Positions 35,304 to 44,943 of a stretch of DNA of 64,000 bases are shown in pieces (position 1 is the stretch's first letter; each line of letters begins with the position of its first letter). The notes beneath the pieces are model-generated. The model ran no database searches. It was not told the DNA's origin and saw only the letters and a program-made list of their open reading frames with translations. Both the position numbers and the translations under genes were made by a program. Source of the stretch: Bacteroidales bacterium (lineage in GTDB: Bacteria; Bacteroidota; Bacteroidia; Bacteroidales; UBA10428); the NCBI GenBank assembly GCA_016935435.1, contig JAFGQZ010000053.1, positions 3,558-67,557 on the forward strand, read 5' to 3'.

Positions 35304-36434
35304 TTATTCTTTAGGCCTGCCAATTAGCTTTTTGTTTCTGTGGCCCGACTGAATATAAAAAGGTACCACAGCCCCCAGCTGATATACGGGCAATTCTGCT
35401 TCAAGCAAAATATGGCTGTTATGAAAAACACTTACCGTGCATTTGTCGGGCAGCCGCTGGTAAAATAGGCCGTGGCTTTTGGCTGAAACCGATGGCATTT
35501 GCAATTGGTTTAGAAGGTTGTTTTGGTTTAAATCTTTTATTTCCAACACAATGGGTGTACCCTCGCTTCCGGAAGGGGGAATAATACCTGTATCGGGAGA
35601 AAACCTGAATAGCGTAAAGCGTTGTAAAGTTTGGTTATTCTGGGGGGTTACCGAAAATATCTGCGAAATTGTGTCGGCCTGGTACTTGCCAATAAATAAC
35701 GACACATATTCGTTTTCCAGTTTGTTAAGTTCACAAACAGCTTCCTGTAAGGCAATTCCTTCCGGAAAAACTTCGTATTGTCCTGAAATTAATTTGAACC
35801 GCCGTTTCCTGATTTTTAAGATGAATTGTGCTGCCTCAAAAGCTTTTTCTTTTTCCGATTTTGCAGAGAGGTGTTTTTCCAGCGAAGGTACCAGTGCAAA
35901 ACCAGGTTCTTCCAGTACGTTTTTCTGTTTTTTTTGGGTTTCTAAAAATACGAATGGTTTAATTGTTAAATCGGTAAATTGAATGGCATCAACTTCGTTT
36001 GCCGGATGGTTGTGCGAAAGCTGGAAGCTGTTTCCGCTGCATGGGGGCATTATCAGTCCGTTATTAGAAAAATCGGAGAGGTATTTAAGTGCATCGGGGT
36101 GGTTTTCGATTTTTACCGAGTAAAAATGTTCTGGATCGGGCTCGTTAACAGTTGATAATTTTAACCCGGTAACCGACCAACTTGTAGAGGGGGCAGAAAC
36201 TGTGTTTTCAATGCCAAGGAATTCTTTTGCATATTTATGGTACGGGCCGGGGATAAAAACCTTCTTTTCGGCAGTAACGGTAACCACTAAACTGGTTTGG
36301 GGCAATGCATAAATTATGGCATTGGGCTCAAACTTTGCCAGGTCGCGCAAATTTGTAGTGGTTACAGAGCTTGTCGAACACGATAGGGTAGTTACAACAA
36401 ATACTAAAAGCGCAAACTTTACTTTTTTTCCCAC
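35304..36434 (-). CDS. lipoprotein of unknown function (possibly DUF4831 family)
   Basis: 376 aa with a GTG start. Lipoprotein signal VKFALLVFVVTTLSCS. No catalytic motif. The DUF4831 assignment comes only from recalled similarity (YALPQTSLVVTVTAEKKVFIPGPYHKYAKEFLG). Confidence 0.45.
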   Translation of the reverse strand: MGKKVKFALLVFVVTTLSCSTSSVTTTNLRDLAKFEPNAIIYALPQTSLVVTVTAEKKVFIPGPYHKYAKEFLGIENTVSAPSTSWSVTGLKLSTVNEPDPEHFYSVKIENHPDALKYLSDFSNNGLIMPPCSGNSFQLSHNHPANEVDAIQFTDLTIKPFVFLETQKKQKNVLEEPGFALVPSLEKHLSAKSEKEKAFEAAQFILKIRKRRFKLISGQYEVFPEGIALQEAVCELNKLENEYVSLFIGKYQADTISQIFSVTPQNNQTLQRFTLFRFSPDTGIIPPSGSEGTPIVLEIKDLNQNNLLNQLQMPSVSAKSHGLFYQRLPDKCTVSVFHNSHILLEAELPVYQLGAVVPFYIQSGHRNKKLIGRPKE

Positions 36435-36454
36435 GAGAAGAGTTTTTAGTTTAG

Positions 36455-37975
36455 TTAAGGTTCAATTTTTTTAAAAGCTTTTCCAAGTTTTTTAATAATG
36501 TCTGACGGAGCCATAGCCGTTTGTCCCTTTTTTGTGGCAGCTAAATCGCCAGCCATTCCATGTGTAAAAACGGCAATTTTTGCCGCATCAATTGTGCTAT
36601 GCCCCATGGCTAATAACGAAACAATAATGCCTGTTAGTATGTCGCCCGAACCGCCTTTTGCCATTCCGGGGTTGCCGGTGGTGTTAAACCAACAGGTTCC
36701 ATCGGGGGTGTAAATGCAGGTATTTGCGCCTTTAAGTACCAGGGTAAGTTTGTGTTTACGGGCAAATTCCATTGCAGATTTGTGCCTCTGGTAATGTGTT
36801 GTATGGCTTTGTGTTAAGCGGTCAAATTCTTTCGGGTGGGGGGTAAAAATAGTGTTTTCAGGTAATTTCGACAGCCAGTTGGGGTTTTCCGATAAAATAT
36901 TTAAACCGTCGGCGTCGATGACGAGCGGGACCCTGGTGTTTTCAATAACCCACAGAAGCGCTTTTCGGGTATTGGTTTTTGTATTTATGCCCGGCCCTAT
37001 AGCTACTGCTTTGTATTTCTCAAGATTGCTTACACCGGTGAACATTAAATCCGACTCGTCAATAGATACAATTGCCTCTGGCACCGACGACTGAAGAATT
37101 GTGTGCCCCGAATGCGGTACATGGCAGGTAACCAGCCCGGCACCCGAACGTATGGCCGCTTTTGCTGCCAGCACTGCTGCCCCCATCATACCATAGCTCC
37201 CGGCAATAATTAGTGCATGGCCGTATGTTCCCTTATGTGTGAATTTTAGCCTTGGTTTAACAAGTGGCCGTAAATCCCCAATGAACGAATATTCGTATTG
37301 AGAAGGCTCACTGTCGATTTTTTCAGGAGAGAGCCCTATAGGCAATATATGCCATTTACCGGTATATTTTTCGTTTTCTGCAAAAAAGAACGAAAGTTTC
37401 GGAAATTGAAAACTCAATGTATAGTCTGCCCTTACTATTGCCTCATCGTGGTTTGATGAATTGTCTTCTGCGAATAAGCCACTAGGCATATCAATAGAAA
37501 CAACACCGGCTTTTTTCGACGAATTTATATACTTTACCAAAGAGAAGGGCAGTCCGGCAAGCGGCCTCGACAAACCTGTGCCGAAAAGGGCGTCAACAAT
37601 CCATTCATCAGGCGAAATGTAGGGGAAACATTTTTCGTTTTCGATATTGTTTATCGTCAGGTCTGTTTCATCCAAAAGCCTTTGGATGTTTATTTCTGCA
37701 TCGGGCGAAATCCCTTTGGGTGCCGATAAAGCATAAAGCCGTATATTTTCATAACCATTATGAAAAAGTATCCGTGCAAGAGCAAGGCCATCACCACCAT
37801 TGTTGCCAGGTCCTATAAAAAAAAGCAGTTGCGAGTTTTTATTGAACTTTTTTTTGCACCAGGTAAATAAAGCACTTGCGGCACGCTCCATTAAACCGAC
37901 AGAGGTTATTGGTTCGTTTTCAATGGTATATGAATCGATTTGTTTGATTTGTAATGAAGTAAACAGCTTGGCCAT
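36455..37975 (-). CDS. nnr: bifunctional NAD(P)H-hydrate repair enzyme (epimerase + ADP-dependent dehydratase)
   Basis: 506 aa. N-terminal YjeF_N motif FIGPGNNGGDGLALAR. C-terminal carbohydrate-kinase motif GMAKGGSGDILTGII. Confidence 0.9.
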   Translation of the reverse strand: MAKLFTSLQIKQIDSYTIENEPITSVGLMERAASALFTWCKKKFNKNSQLLFFIGPGNNGGDGLALARILFHNGYENIRLYALSAPKGISPDAEINIQRLLDETDLTINNIENEKCFPYISPDEWIVDALFGTGLSRPLAGLPFSLVKYINSSKKAGVVSIDMPSGLFAEDNSSNHDEAIVRADYTLSFQFPKLSFFFAENEKYTGKWHILPIGLSPEKIDSEPSQYEYSFIGDLRPLVKPRLKFTHKGTYGHALIIAGSYGMMGAAVLAAKAAIRSGAGLVTCHVPHSGHTILQSSVPEAIVSIDESDLMFTGVSNLEKYKAVAIGPGINTKTNTRKALLWVIENTRVPLVIDADGLNILSENPNWLSKLPENTIFTPHPKEFDRLTQSHTTHYQRHKSAMEFARKHKLTLVLKGANTCIYTPDGTCWFNTTGNPGMAKGGSGDILTGIIVSLLAMGHSTIDAAKIAVFTHGMAGDLAATKKGQTAMAPSDIIKKLGKAFKKIEP

Positions 37976-38075
37976 TATTGAATTATCTTATTCTTTTTAC
38001 AAAGTTATGATATTGGAGCTGTATTGCACAAAATTAGAAATTAAAAATTCTACAGGCATAGGCTAATGAATGGAA

Positions 38076-38120
38076 GGAATGAAAGAAATGAAAGAAATGA
38101 AAGGAATGAAGGGATTGAAC
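38076..38120. repeat. five tandem copies of a 9-bp purine-rich unit (GAAATGAAA consensus)
   Basis: Read directly as GGAATGAAA GAAATGAAA GAAATGAAA GGAATGAAG GGATTGAAC. Intergenic, between the nnr start and the porP-like stop. Confidence 0.7.
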
Positions 38121-38139
38121 AATCATAATACTATCTGTG

Positions 38140-39165
38140 CTAATAAAGCATTTGGTTTACAAGTGGAACCGGGTTGTGCCGCTTATAATCGTTTTTGTGG
38201 TGCGAAAAATATATTGTTGCCGACATTTCATGGGCTCCTTTTCTGTGAATTGTATTGTTGTTTACAGATAGGTCGTATGAATATGCAAGGGAAAATTCTT
38301 CGCGGCGGAACCCAACAATAAAAACTAATGCTTTATAGGCGTGTTTTGTTTTCTGTATCATAAAATTATGCTGATACCGGTAGTGGATGCCGCCATAAAA
38401 TGGCTGCAAACTATATGAACAGCCGCCAGACAATTCGGCATACCTGTCTTGTTGCACATAACCAACAACCGGGCCTACCCTGGAATAGGGTTCCAGGCCG
38501 CCAAAGCGGCTGAAACGTCGTTTTGTGGTTTTGCTCTTGTCTATTGGCACCAAAAACCCCGCAGTTGCTGAAACTTTTAAAGGATAACGATATTTTTCGC
38601 CGGCAAAGTTTTCTTTAGGCAGGTTAAGGTAGTCGCCAGAAAACCCAAACCACAAAAGCTCGTTATAGAGCAGAAAACCAGCTGTTAACGCCGGAAACCA
38701 ACTATTGTCGGAGAGCATTGGTTCCATTGTTGGGTTTCCTGTAAGGCCATTATTGTCGAACTGATCGGGGTAGTTTAATGCAGTAGCCCTGCTTCTTCGC
38801 TGGTTCATAGAAATGCCAAGGCCACCCTTGGCCCAGTTTTTCTTGTTTAGCTGTATGGTGTAAGAATAATTAGCCTGAATTTTAGTATGGCTGAATTTTT
38901 CGGTATGGTCGAAAATAAATATGCCCAGCCCTGTGTGTTTGTCGAAAAGTTTAATATCGTACGATGCGAGGGAGTTAATAATGCTTATGCCCGGAAGCGG
39001 GTTTGTTATTCTCGATATAGCCCCGGTGCGCATATATGCAACATCGCCGGAAAATGCCGGGTTGAGATATTGGGGTGCATTATAAAACTGCGAAAAGTGG
39101 TTCTCCTGGGCTTGCAAAGCAGCTTGCAGAAATAACAGGGAAAATAAAATTAAACGTATCTTCAT
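38140..39165 (-). CDS. PorP/SprF-family type IX secretion system outer-membrane protein
   Basis: 341 aa. Signal peptide, then FSQFYNAPQYLNPAFSG, the hallmark N-terminal motif of PorP/SprF beta-barrels. It starts 1 nt after the stop of the upstream type B CTD cargo gene. Confidence 0.85.
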   Translation of the reverse strand: MKIRLILFSLLFLQAALQAQENHFSQFYNAPQYLNPAFSGDVAYMRTGAISRITNPLPGISIINSLASYDIKLFDKHTGLGIFIFDHTEKFSHTKIQANYSYTIQLNKKNWAKGGLGISMNQRRSRATALNYPDQFDNNGLTGNPTMEPMLSDNSWFPALTAGFLLYNELLWFGFSGDYLNLPKENFAGEKYRYPLKVSATAGFLVPIDKSKTTKRRFSRFGGLEPYSRVGPVVGYVQQDRYAELSGGCSYSLQPFYGGIHYRYQHNFMIQKTKHAYKALVFIVGFRREEFSLAYSYDLSVNNNTIHRKGAHEMSATIYFSHHKNDYKRHNPVPLVNQMLY

Positions 39166-39166
39166 T

Positions 39167-40234
39167 CTAATGCATTAAAAGTACAAAGCCTTCGTCGGAG
39201 AATTCATTGCCTTGTTCGTTAGTGAAATAGGCTTTCCATAAATAGGTTGCATTTGGAAGGGCTTCGCCATTGTAGGTTCCATCCCAGTATTCGTTTGCCG
39301 ACATAGAAATAAAAATTTGTTCGCCATTAAGGGTGTAAACAAAAAACCTTATTGATGTAAAGTCGCCCTTTATTTGAAGAAAATCGTTAATTCCATCGCC
39401 ATTAGGGGTGAATGCTTCTGCTATGAAAACTTCCGGGATACAATTTTCAATAACACGTATGCTGCCTGTATCGCGGCACTCATTAGGAGCAACTTCAATA
39501 AAATTATAAATACCTTCGGCACTAATTTCAAAGGGGGGCAATGTGTTGTTGTTTCCGGGCCATACAATGGTGTTTGTTGGGCTAAATGCTGGTGTAAACA
39601 TTAGTGGGCCATTTTTCCTGAAACAAACAACCGTATCGCTGTATATTGCGGCTTCGGGTTTTTTATGCACAATTACAGGTAATTCGGCATAACTGCTGAA
39701 ATTGGTGCCGGGTTCGCTCAGGGTGAGTTTAAGTATATATTCACCGGGTAAGTCCCAGTTTATATACAAGCCTTCGGGAACCAATGTGTATTTGTCTTCG
39801 GAAGTTTCGGGCGATATTACCCAGTTGTGGCTGAAATGTATCGAAGAATTAGAGCTGTAAAGTATGCGGTCGCCCTCGCAAACATTTGTTTTACCGTATA
39901 TTTCAAGCTGCCTTGATTCGTGCATGCCTTTTTTATGCATATTGTTAGCAATGATTGAATGGTTTTGTTTGAAAGCCAATGTGGCTGTGAGGTTTTCCGA
40001 AGTGCGAAATATAATATTGGAAGTTTCACTATGGCTGATTTTTTTTGCATCGCAATATGACTTATCGTGTTGGTTGTCAGTGTTATTAGCTTTGAATAAG
40101 GTTTGGCTGTAGGGACAAACTGCAGTAACCGTAATATCGGCATAACTCAACAAATGGGCTTTTGACCCATATAAAGTGCCGGTTAAAAGTGCAAGGGTGA
40201 ACGATATAATTTTCGCAATTTTTTTTAGGGGCAT
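39167..40234 (-). CDS. T9SS type B C-terminal-domain cargo protein (gliding motility-associated CTD), passenger region unassigned
   Basis: 355 aa. Signal peptide. C-terminal AEAFTPNGDGINDFLQIKG...YLWKAYF... is the type B sorting-domain signature. Confidence 0.8.
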   Translation of the reverse strand: MPLKKIAKIISFTLALLTGTLYGSKAHLLSYADITVTAVCPYSQTLFKANNTDNQHDKSYCDAKKISHSETSNIIFRTSENLTATLAFKQNHSIIANNMHKKGMHESRQLEIYGKTNVCEGDRILYSSNSSIHFSHNWVISPETSEDKYTLVPEGLYINWDLPGEYILKLTLSEPGTNFSSYAELPVIVHKKPEAAIYSDTVVCFRKNGPLMFTPAFSPTNTIVWPGNNNTLPPFEISAEGIYNFIEVAPNECRDTGSIRVIENCIPEVFIAEAFTPNGDGINDFLQIKGDFTSIRFFVYTLNGEQIFISMSANEYWDGTYNGEALPNATYLWKAYFTNEQGNEFSDEGFVLLMH

Positions 40235-40338
40235 AAAACTTTAAAGGTTGTAATTAAAAATAATATGTTTGCAGATATAACGATATATATACAAATTTCG
40301 TTGCATAATTACTACAATTCAATAATTGTTACAAATAT

Positions 40339-40890
40339 ATGAAGATATACACAAAAACCGGCGACAGGGGCACTACGGCCTTAATTGGCGGTAAAAGGGT
40401 GGCTAAGGATCATGTGCGGATTGAGGCCTATGGTACTGCCGATGAACTTATTTCTTTCCTTGCATTGTTGCGCGATAGCGACATTGCCCCGGTGCACAAG
40501 AGTTTTATTTTGTCGGTGCAGGAAGATTTGATGGTAATCTCATCAATACTGGCGGCCGACTGCGGCGATTGCACCGAAAAGTTGCCAAAACTGGCAACCA
40601 GCGAAGAAAGAAAATTAGAGACGGAAATCGACAGGCTTGAGCAGGAGCTGGAGCCCCTCAAAGCGTTTATAATTCCGGGCGGCGACATTTGCGTATCTGT
40701 TTGCCATGTGGCACGAACGGTTTGCCGAAGGCTCGAAAGGGTGGTGCTAAGCCTGCATGCATCAAGCAAAGTGCCCGGCGAAGTGCTCAGGTACATTAAC
40801 CGCTTGTCGGATTATTTGTTTACACTTGCCAGGTCGGTTGCGGCCGAGAAACAGGTTGATGAGATTATTTGGAAACCAAAGTTGGATTAG
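40339..40890 (+). CDS. PduO-type ATP:cob(I)alamin adenosyltransferase
   Basis: 183 aa. The N-terminus MKIYTKTGDRGTTALIGG and the block FIIPGG...HVARTVCRRLER are canonical for the PduO/MMAB family. Confidence 0.9.
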   Translation: MKIYTKTGDRGTTALIGGKRVAKDHVRIEAYGTADELISFLALLRDSDIAPVHKSFILSVQEDLMVISSILAADCGDCTEKLPKLATSEERKLETEIDRLEQELEPLKAFIIPGGDICVSVCHVARTVCRRLERVVLSLHASSKVPGEVLRYINRLSDYLFTLARSVAAEKQVDEIIWKPKLD

Positions 40891-40946
40891 TAATATTAAT
40901 TTTTATATTTGCAGCAATTTTAAGGAACAATTAAAATCTCAAAAAT

Positions 40947-41168
40947 ATGTATTGGACTCTTGAGTTAGCGTCGAAGTTAGAGGATGCGCCATGGCCGGCT
41001 ACCAAAGATGAGCTTATAGACTTTGCCATTCGCTCTGGTGCACCGCTTGAGGTAATCGAAAATTTACAAGAGATTGAAGACGAAGGGGAGATTTATGAAA
41101 GTATTGAAGATATCTGGCCTGATTATCCGAGCAAAGACGACTTCTTTTTTAATGAAGATGAATATTAA
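40947..41168 (+). CDS. DUF2795-like small acidic protein
   Basis: 73 aa. The block WPATKDELIDFAIRSGAPLEVIENLQEI resembles the DUF2795 core (from memory). Confidence 0.55.
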   Translation: MYWTLELASKLEDAPWPATKDELIDFAIRSGAPLEVIENLQEIEDEGEIYESIEDIWPDYPSKDDFFFNEDEY

Positions 41169-41169
41169 A

Positions 41170-41195
41170 AAAAGGGATTGTTTTCAATCCCTTTT
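41170..41195. terminator. bidirectional intrinsic terminator hairpin
   Basis: 11-bp stem AAAAGGGATTG / CAATCCCTTTT with loop TTTT. It is followed by ATTTTTT on the plus strand and flanked by an A-run on the other side. It lies between convergent genes. Confidence 0.7.
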
Positions 41196-42705
41196 ATTTT
41201 TTAAAGATATCGTGTTTCGATAGTGGCCTTTGTGCAACCAGCCATTGAAAACCTTTTAATTTTAGTTCGTTTAGCGGAATCTGGTCAATAGGGTACAAAG
41301 TGCCTTTGGGCTCAATGTAAAAATCGATTTTCCGCACATCGTTGTCAACAAAATAGAATATCATGTTCGAACACTCAATTTTGTTCATTCCAACAATTTC
41401 TTCCCCGTCTTTTGCAAAGTAAACGGTTTGCCCGTTGCCTTCAACATCTATTTTAACCAGGTCGTTATCGGTAAAGTGGCACCACATGTCTTTTCCCTTA
41501 ATCTGGTTAAAACTTGCAGTATCTTCCTGGCTGACAATAAACGATGAACGTTGAAGCTCCATTCGTTCTATCTGCTGGTTTTTTGTGAAAATTATGATAT
41601 CATCGGCCGAAACCTGGTAGTTGTCCATCCAAAGCACAGGGTTTTTATAAAGTCTTATTACAGAGTCGGCAAAGCTGTAAACCATAGAGTCGCACATACC
41701 TTGCACGTTGCTACGGTAAAATTTCACACTGTTATAGGCAAATAATAGCTTTTGCCCGGCAGAATCGGGGTAGGTTTTAAGGGTATCGGCATGAAGGAAC
41801 AAAGTGTCGCCATCGGAGAACTGAATAAACTCTGCCATGTCGGTCATTAATGCAAATTCGGTTAGTTCGTTGTACTTTGCTTTGTTGCCTTTAAGGATTA
41901 TGTTGTTTTCGGTGTCGGTAATTTCAACATTTGTATGGGCGTTACCTTCCTGTTTGTTCTTATCGTAGAAAATATAATTGCCTTTTACTGTCTGGTAATT
42001 GTTTTTCGCCCATGCGTTTTGTTTTAGTTCAGCAAGATTGTTTTTTGTGTCGAACCATCCTTTCTCGCAATAAACATGGCTGCTGTCGCCAATAATGTTG
42101 GTTGGGCCAAACAATACTGCTATTCCTGTTGAGGTAAAGTAGTCGAGGGTGTCGGAGTAAATCTTGTAATCGGGGGTAACAATTATTACATCTTTAATAA
42201 AATGGTACATTTTAGTTTTGTTGTAATAATAGCCGGTTTTGCTTTCAAGTGTGTTTTCGTCGCTAATAATATCGGCGTGGTCCGAATAAAAGCCAACACT
42301 ATTTCCCAAATCGTAATCGAGTTTTTTGGTAGTTAAAGTTGTTTCGCGGTTAATAAGTTTCACATTTCCGGTAATAGTTGCCATTTTGGTGGAGCCTTGG
42401 TAATGAAGGAAGTCGCCATATAGTTGTATCGAGTCGCCTTGTTTGATAAAAATGTCATTATAGGCATCAAAAGTATTGGTTTGCGAATAAAAATAGGCGC
42501 TGTCGCAATACATTTCTGCGCCATTGTGATAAAATACCACATTGTCGATTAGCCTTTGGGCGCCATTGCCAATGGTTTTGTCGAATTCTACATACTGAGC
42601 CTGGTATTTAATTGATGTTTCCTGGTTTTGTGCCCACAGGCTTTCATTGGGCGTGCAACAGGCAATTAAGGCCGGTAATATTAAAAGTTTAATGTGTTTT
42701 TGCAT
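41194..42705 (-). CDS. OstA-like (LptA/LptD N-terminal-like) periplasmic/outer-membrane protein
   Basis: The ATG at 42703-42705 (MQKHIKLLILPALIACC...) gives a signal peptide and a TAATG stop/start overlap with surA-like. The ORF-track start at 42795 lies inside the upstream gene. The OstA-like call rests on the repetitive beta-rich sequence and conserved neighbourhood. Confidence 0.5.
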   Translation of the reverse strand: MQKHIKLLILPALIACCTPNESLWAQNQETSIKYQAQYVEFDKTIGNGAQRLIDNVVFYHNGAEMYCDSAYFYSQTNTFDAYNDIFIKQGDSIQLYGDFLHYQGSTKMATITGNVKLINRETTLTTKKLDYDLGNSVGFYSDHADIISDENTLESKTGYYYNKTKMYHFIKDVIIVTPDYKIYSDTLDYFTSTGIAVLFGPTNIIGDSSHVYCEKGWFDTKNNLAELKQNAWAKNNYQTVKGNYIFYDKNKQEGNAHTNVEITDTENNIILKGNKAKYNELTEFALMTDMAEFIQFSDGDTLFLHADTLKTYPDSAGQKLLFAYNSVKFYRSNVQGMCDSMVYSFADSVIRLYKNPVLWMDNYQVSADDIIIFTKNQQIERMELQRSSFIVSQEDTASFNQIKGKDMWCHFTDNDLVKIDVEGNGQTVYFAKDGEEIVGMNKIECSNMIFYFVDNDVRKIDFYIEPKGTLYPIDQIPLNELKLKGFQWLVAQRPLSKHDIFKK

Positions 42706-44030
42706 TATTTTTTCCAGCAGTTTAACCTTAAATTGCAGTCGGAATATGGGGCTTCGATTCGGATATAAACGTCCCTGGCTTTGTTCTCGATCCACTCATC
42801 AACCATTTTCAGCCTTTTGTCCATAAGCGCCATATTTTTTATAAGGTCGAAGTCTTGTTTGAGGTTTGCTTTATGGGGTTCGGTTTTCGAGCGCAACTGA
42901 ACAATTTTAAATACTGGTTTGCCTTTTTCGTCGGTCGATTCGTAAGGTTCCGATATTTCACCAACTTTGAGGTTACGAATAACATAGTACTCCGAGGTAG
43001 GGAAGTCGGTAATTTTAAACCGGGTGGTTTGGGTTGCCGGGTTAATTCGCAAGCCTCCGTTTAAGCGGCTGTTTTCGTCCTGCGAGAAATACATAGCTGC
43101 GGTTTCGAACTTTATGCTGTCGAGGCGTATCGACCTGGAGAGGCTGTCGAGGAATTTCTTTGCTTCCTGCTTTGCCTCTGGCGACACTTTTGGCTTAAGC
43201 AGAATATGCCTTGTTTTAATGCGGTCGGGGGTTTTTTCCTGTAATTGTATTAGGTGGAAGCCAAACGAAGATTCGACAATTTTAGATATCTGCCCTGGCT
43301 TCAGTGCGTTTGATGCTTTAAAATATGCCGGGTCGAGTTCCATTTTCGTTGCCCAGCCAAGTTCGCCCCCTTTTGCTGCCGAAGGGCATTCGGAATATAT
43401 AACGGCCAGGGTTGAAAAATTTTCGCCGTTTAAAATACGTTCCCGTATATTTAGCAATTTTTCTTTTGTTTCAAAAACCGAATTGTCGTTTGCCTTAGGG
43501 TAAACTAGTACCTGCCTGAGTTCGATTTCCGAATCGATATAGGGTATGCTGTCGGAGGGCATTTCGGAGAAAAACTCTTTAACTTCGCGTGGGGTTATGG
43601 AAATATTTTTAACAATTTCCGATTGCATACGTTGCATTAAAAGTTGTTCTCGTATCAGGTCGCGCATGTCTTCTTTTATTTCAATAATCGATTTGCCAAA
43701 GTATGCAACCAGCTTCTCTTCGCTGCCAATCTGGTTAATAAAATAAGTTATCCGCTGATCGAGTTCCATTTCAACTTCTCCATCTCCTACGGTAATACTG
43801 TCAATTTCTGCCTGTGCCACCATAAGTTTCTGGGCCAGCATATCTTCGAAAATATCACATCTCTCAACATTCCGGCGTTGGGCCTTTTCCTGCAAAACCT
43901 GTTCTTCAACTTCGGAAAACAAAATTGCATTTTTTCCAACTACTGCTACAATTTTGTCGGCCACAACAGGTTGGGCAAAAATGTCAACAACCCAACCTAA
44001 CAGGAAAAATACTATAATATTTATCTTCAT
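42705..44030 (-). CDS. SurA-like periplasmic chaperone / parvulin-type peptidyl-prolyl isomerase
   Basis: 441 aa. Signal peptide. SurA_N-like region. Parvulin domain with SECPSAAKGGELGW and SSFGFHLIQL. Confidence 0.8.
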   Translation of the reverse strand: MKINIIVFFLLGWVVDIFAQPVVADKIVAVVGKNAILFSEVEEQVLQEKAQRRNVERCDIFEDMLAQKLMVAQAEIDSITVGDGEVEMELDQRITYFINQIGSEEKLVAYFGKSIIEIKEDMRDLIREQLLMQRMQSEIVKNISITPREVKEFFSEMPSDSIPYIDSEIELRQVLVYPKANDNSVFETKEKLLNIRERILNGENFSTLAVIYSECPSAAKGGELGWATKMELDPAYFKASNALKPGQISKIVESSFGFHLIQLQEKTPDRIKTRHILLKPKVSPEAKQEAKKFLDSLSRSIRLDSIKFETAAMYFSQDENSRLNGGLRINPATQTTRFKITDFPTSEYYVIRNLKVGEISEPYESTDEKGKPVFKIVQLRSKTEPHKANLKQDFDLIKNMALMDKRLKMVDEWIENKARDVYIRIEAPYSDCNLRLNCWKK

Positions 44031-44091
44031 TTTCTTAAAATTGTTTTCGAAACATGTATATCGAAGGGTTAATAAGTAATTTCAGGGTTTT

Positions 44092-44937
44092 TTAATAGGT
44101 TTTAAAACTACCCAAATTGAGTGCCTCATTATAAATATCTGCTTCAAGTTGGTTGATCATTTGAATTTTACGTTTATTTACAATTATGCTTTTTATGTTG
44201 CTGCTTACGTATTCCAGGGGGGCAAGTGTGCCTTCAAGCTTATAATCGTATAAGCGTACAAAATATAAACTTGTGGAATCGTCAACTTCCAGGGAATTCT
44301 GATATTTTAGAATGTTTTGAGGACTGGTGCTTATGGGGGGGAGCTGGTTTAATATATATGAGAATTCCACCCAGTCTTCGTTAAAATAGTCGTATATATC
44401 GGCATATTTATAGCAATAAATCTCTACCTGCTTAATGTCGTCTTCTTTGACCGATTTGTACCATTTTCTGATATTGGAAATGTCGGGGGCAGTTTTTGGG
44501 ACTTTTATAAGAGTTGCCTTAACGAGGTTTGTATTTAAAACAAAGTTTGGCGAATTCTGGTTATAATAGGTTTCAATTTCATCGAAACTTACATTTGTGT
44601 CGAGTTTTTGCTGAATAAAATTTTGTTCGTATTTAAATACCAAAAGAGAACTGCGGTATTCTTCAATTTGCTTGGTAACATTTTTTTCTTCAACCGTAAG
44701 GTTTTCCTCCGCCTTAACCAACAGAAGCTGTTTTCTTATCCATTTGTCGATGTAATCTTTAACAAGTATTGTACTGTCTGCGGCCGCTAGGCCCGGAGGT
44801 ACAATACCCTTAAGATCCGACATATAGAGGTAGCGGTCGAAAACATTAGCAATAGGTGTGTCGGCTTTTTTTTCGGCTTTCTTGGTGCAAGCAATGGCGA
44901 ACGCACAAATGGCTATTAGCAAACAGAAACGCTTCAT
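44092..44937 (-). CDS. lipoprotein with SurA N-terminal-like chaperone domain (no parvulin motif seen)
   Basis: 281 aa. Lipoprotein signal MKRFCLLIAICAFAIAC. The block DYIDKWIRKQLLLVKAEE resembles SurA_N-type chaperone segments. Confidence 0.4.
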   Translation of the reverse strand: MKRFCLLIAICAFAIACTKKAEKKADTPIANVFDRYLYMSDLKGIVPPGLAAADSTILVKDYIDKWIRKQLLLVKAEENLTVEEKNVTKQIEEYRSSLLVFKYEQNFIQQKLDTNVSFDEIETYYNQNSPNFVLNTNLVKATLIKVPKTAPDISNIRKWYKSVKEDDIKQVEIYCYKYADIYDYFNEDWVEFSYILNQLPPISTSPQNILKYQNSLEVDDSTSLYFVRLYDYKLEGTLAPLEYVSSNIKSIIVNKRKIQMINQLEADIYNEALNLGSFKTY

Positions 44938-44943
44938 TGGGTT

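Noticed and set aside
38070-38321. An 83-aa plus-strand ORF starting MEGMKEMKEMKGMKG.
   Set aside because: Its N-terminus is just the translation of the 9-bp tandem repeat. The rest runs antisense through the 3' end of the PorP/SprF gene.
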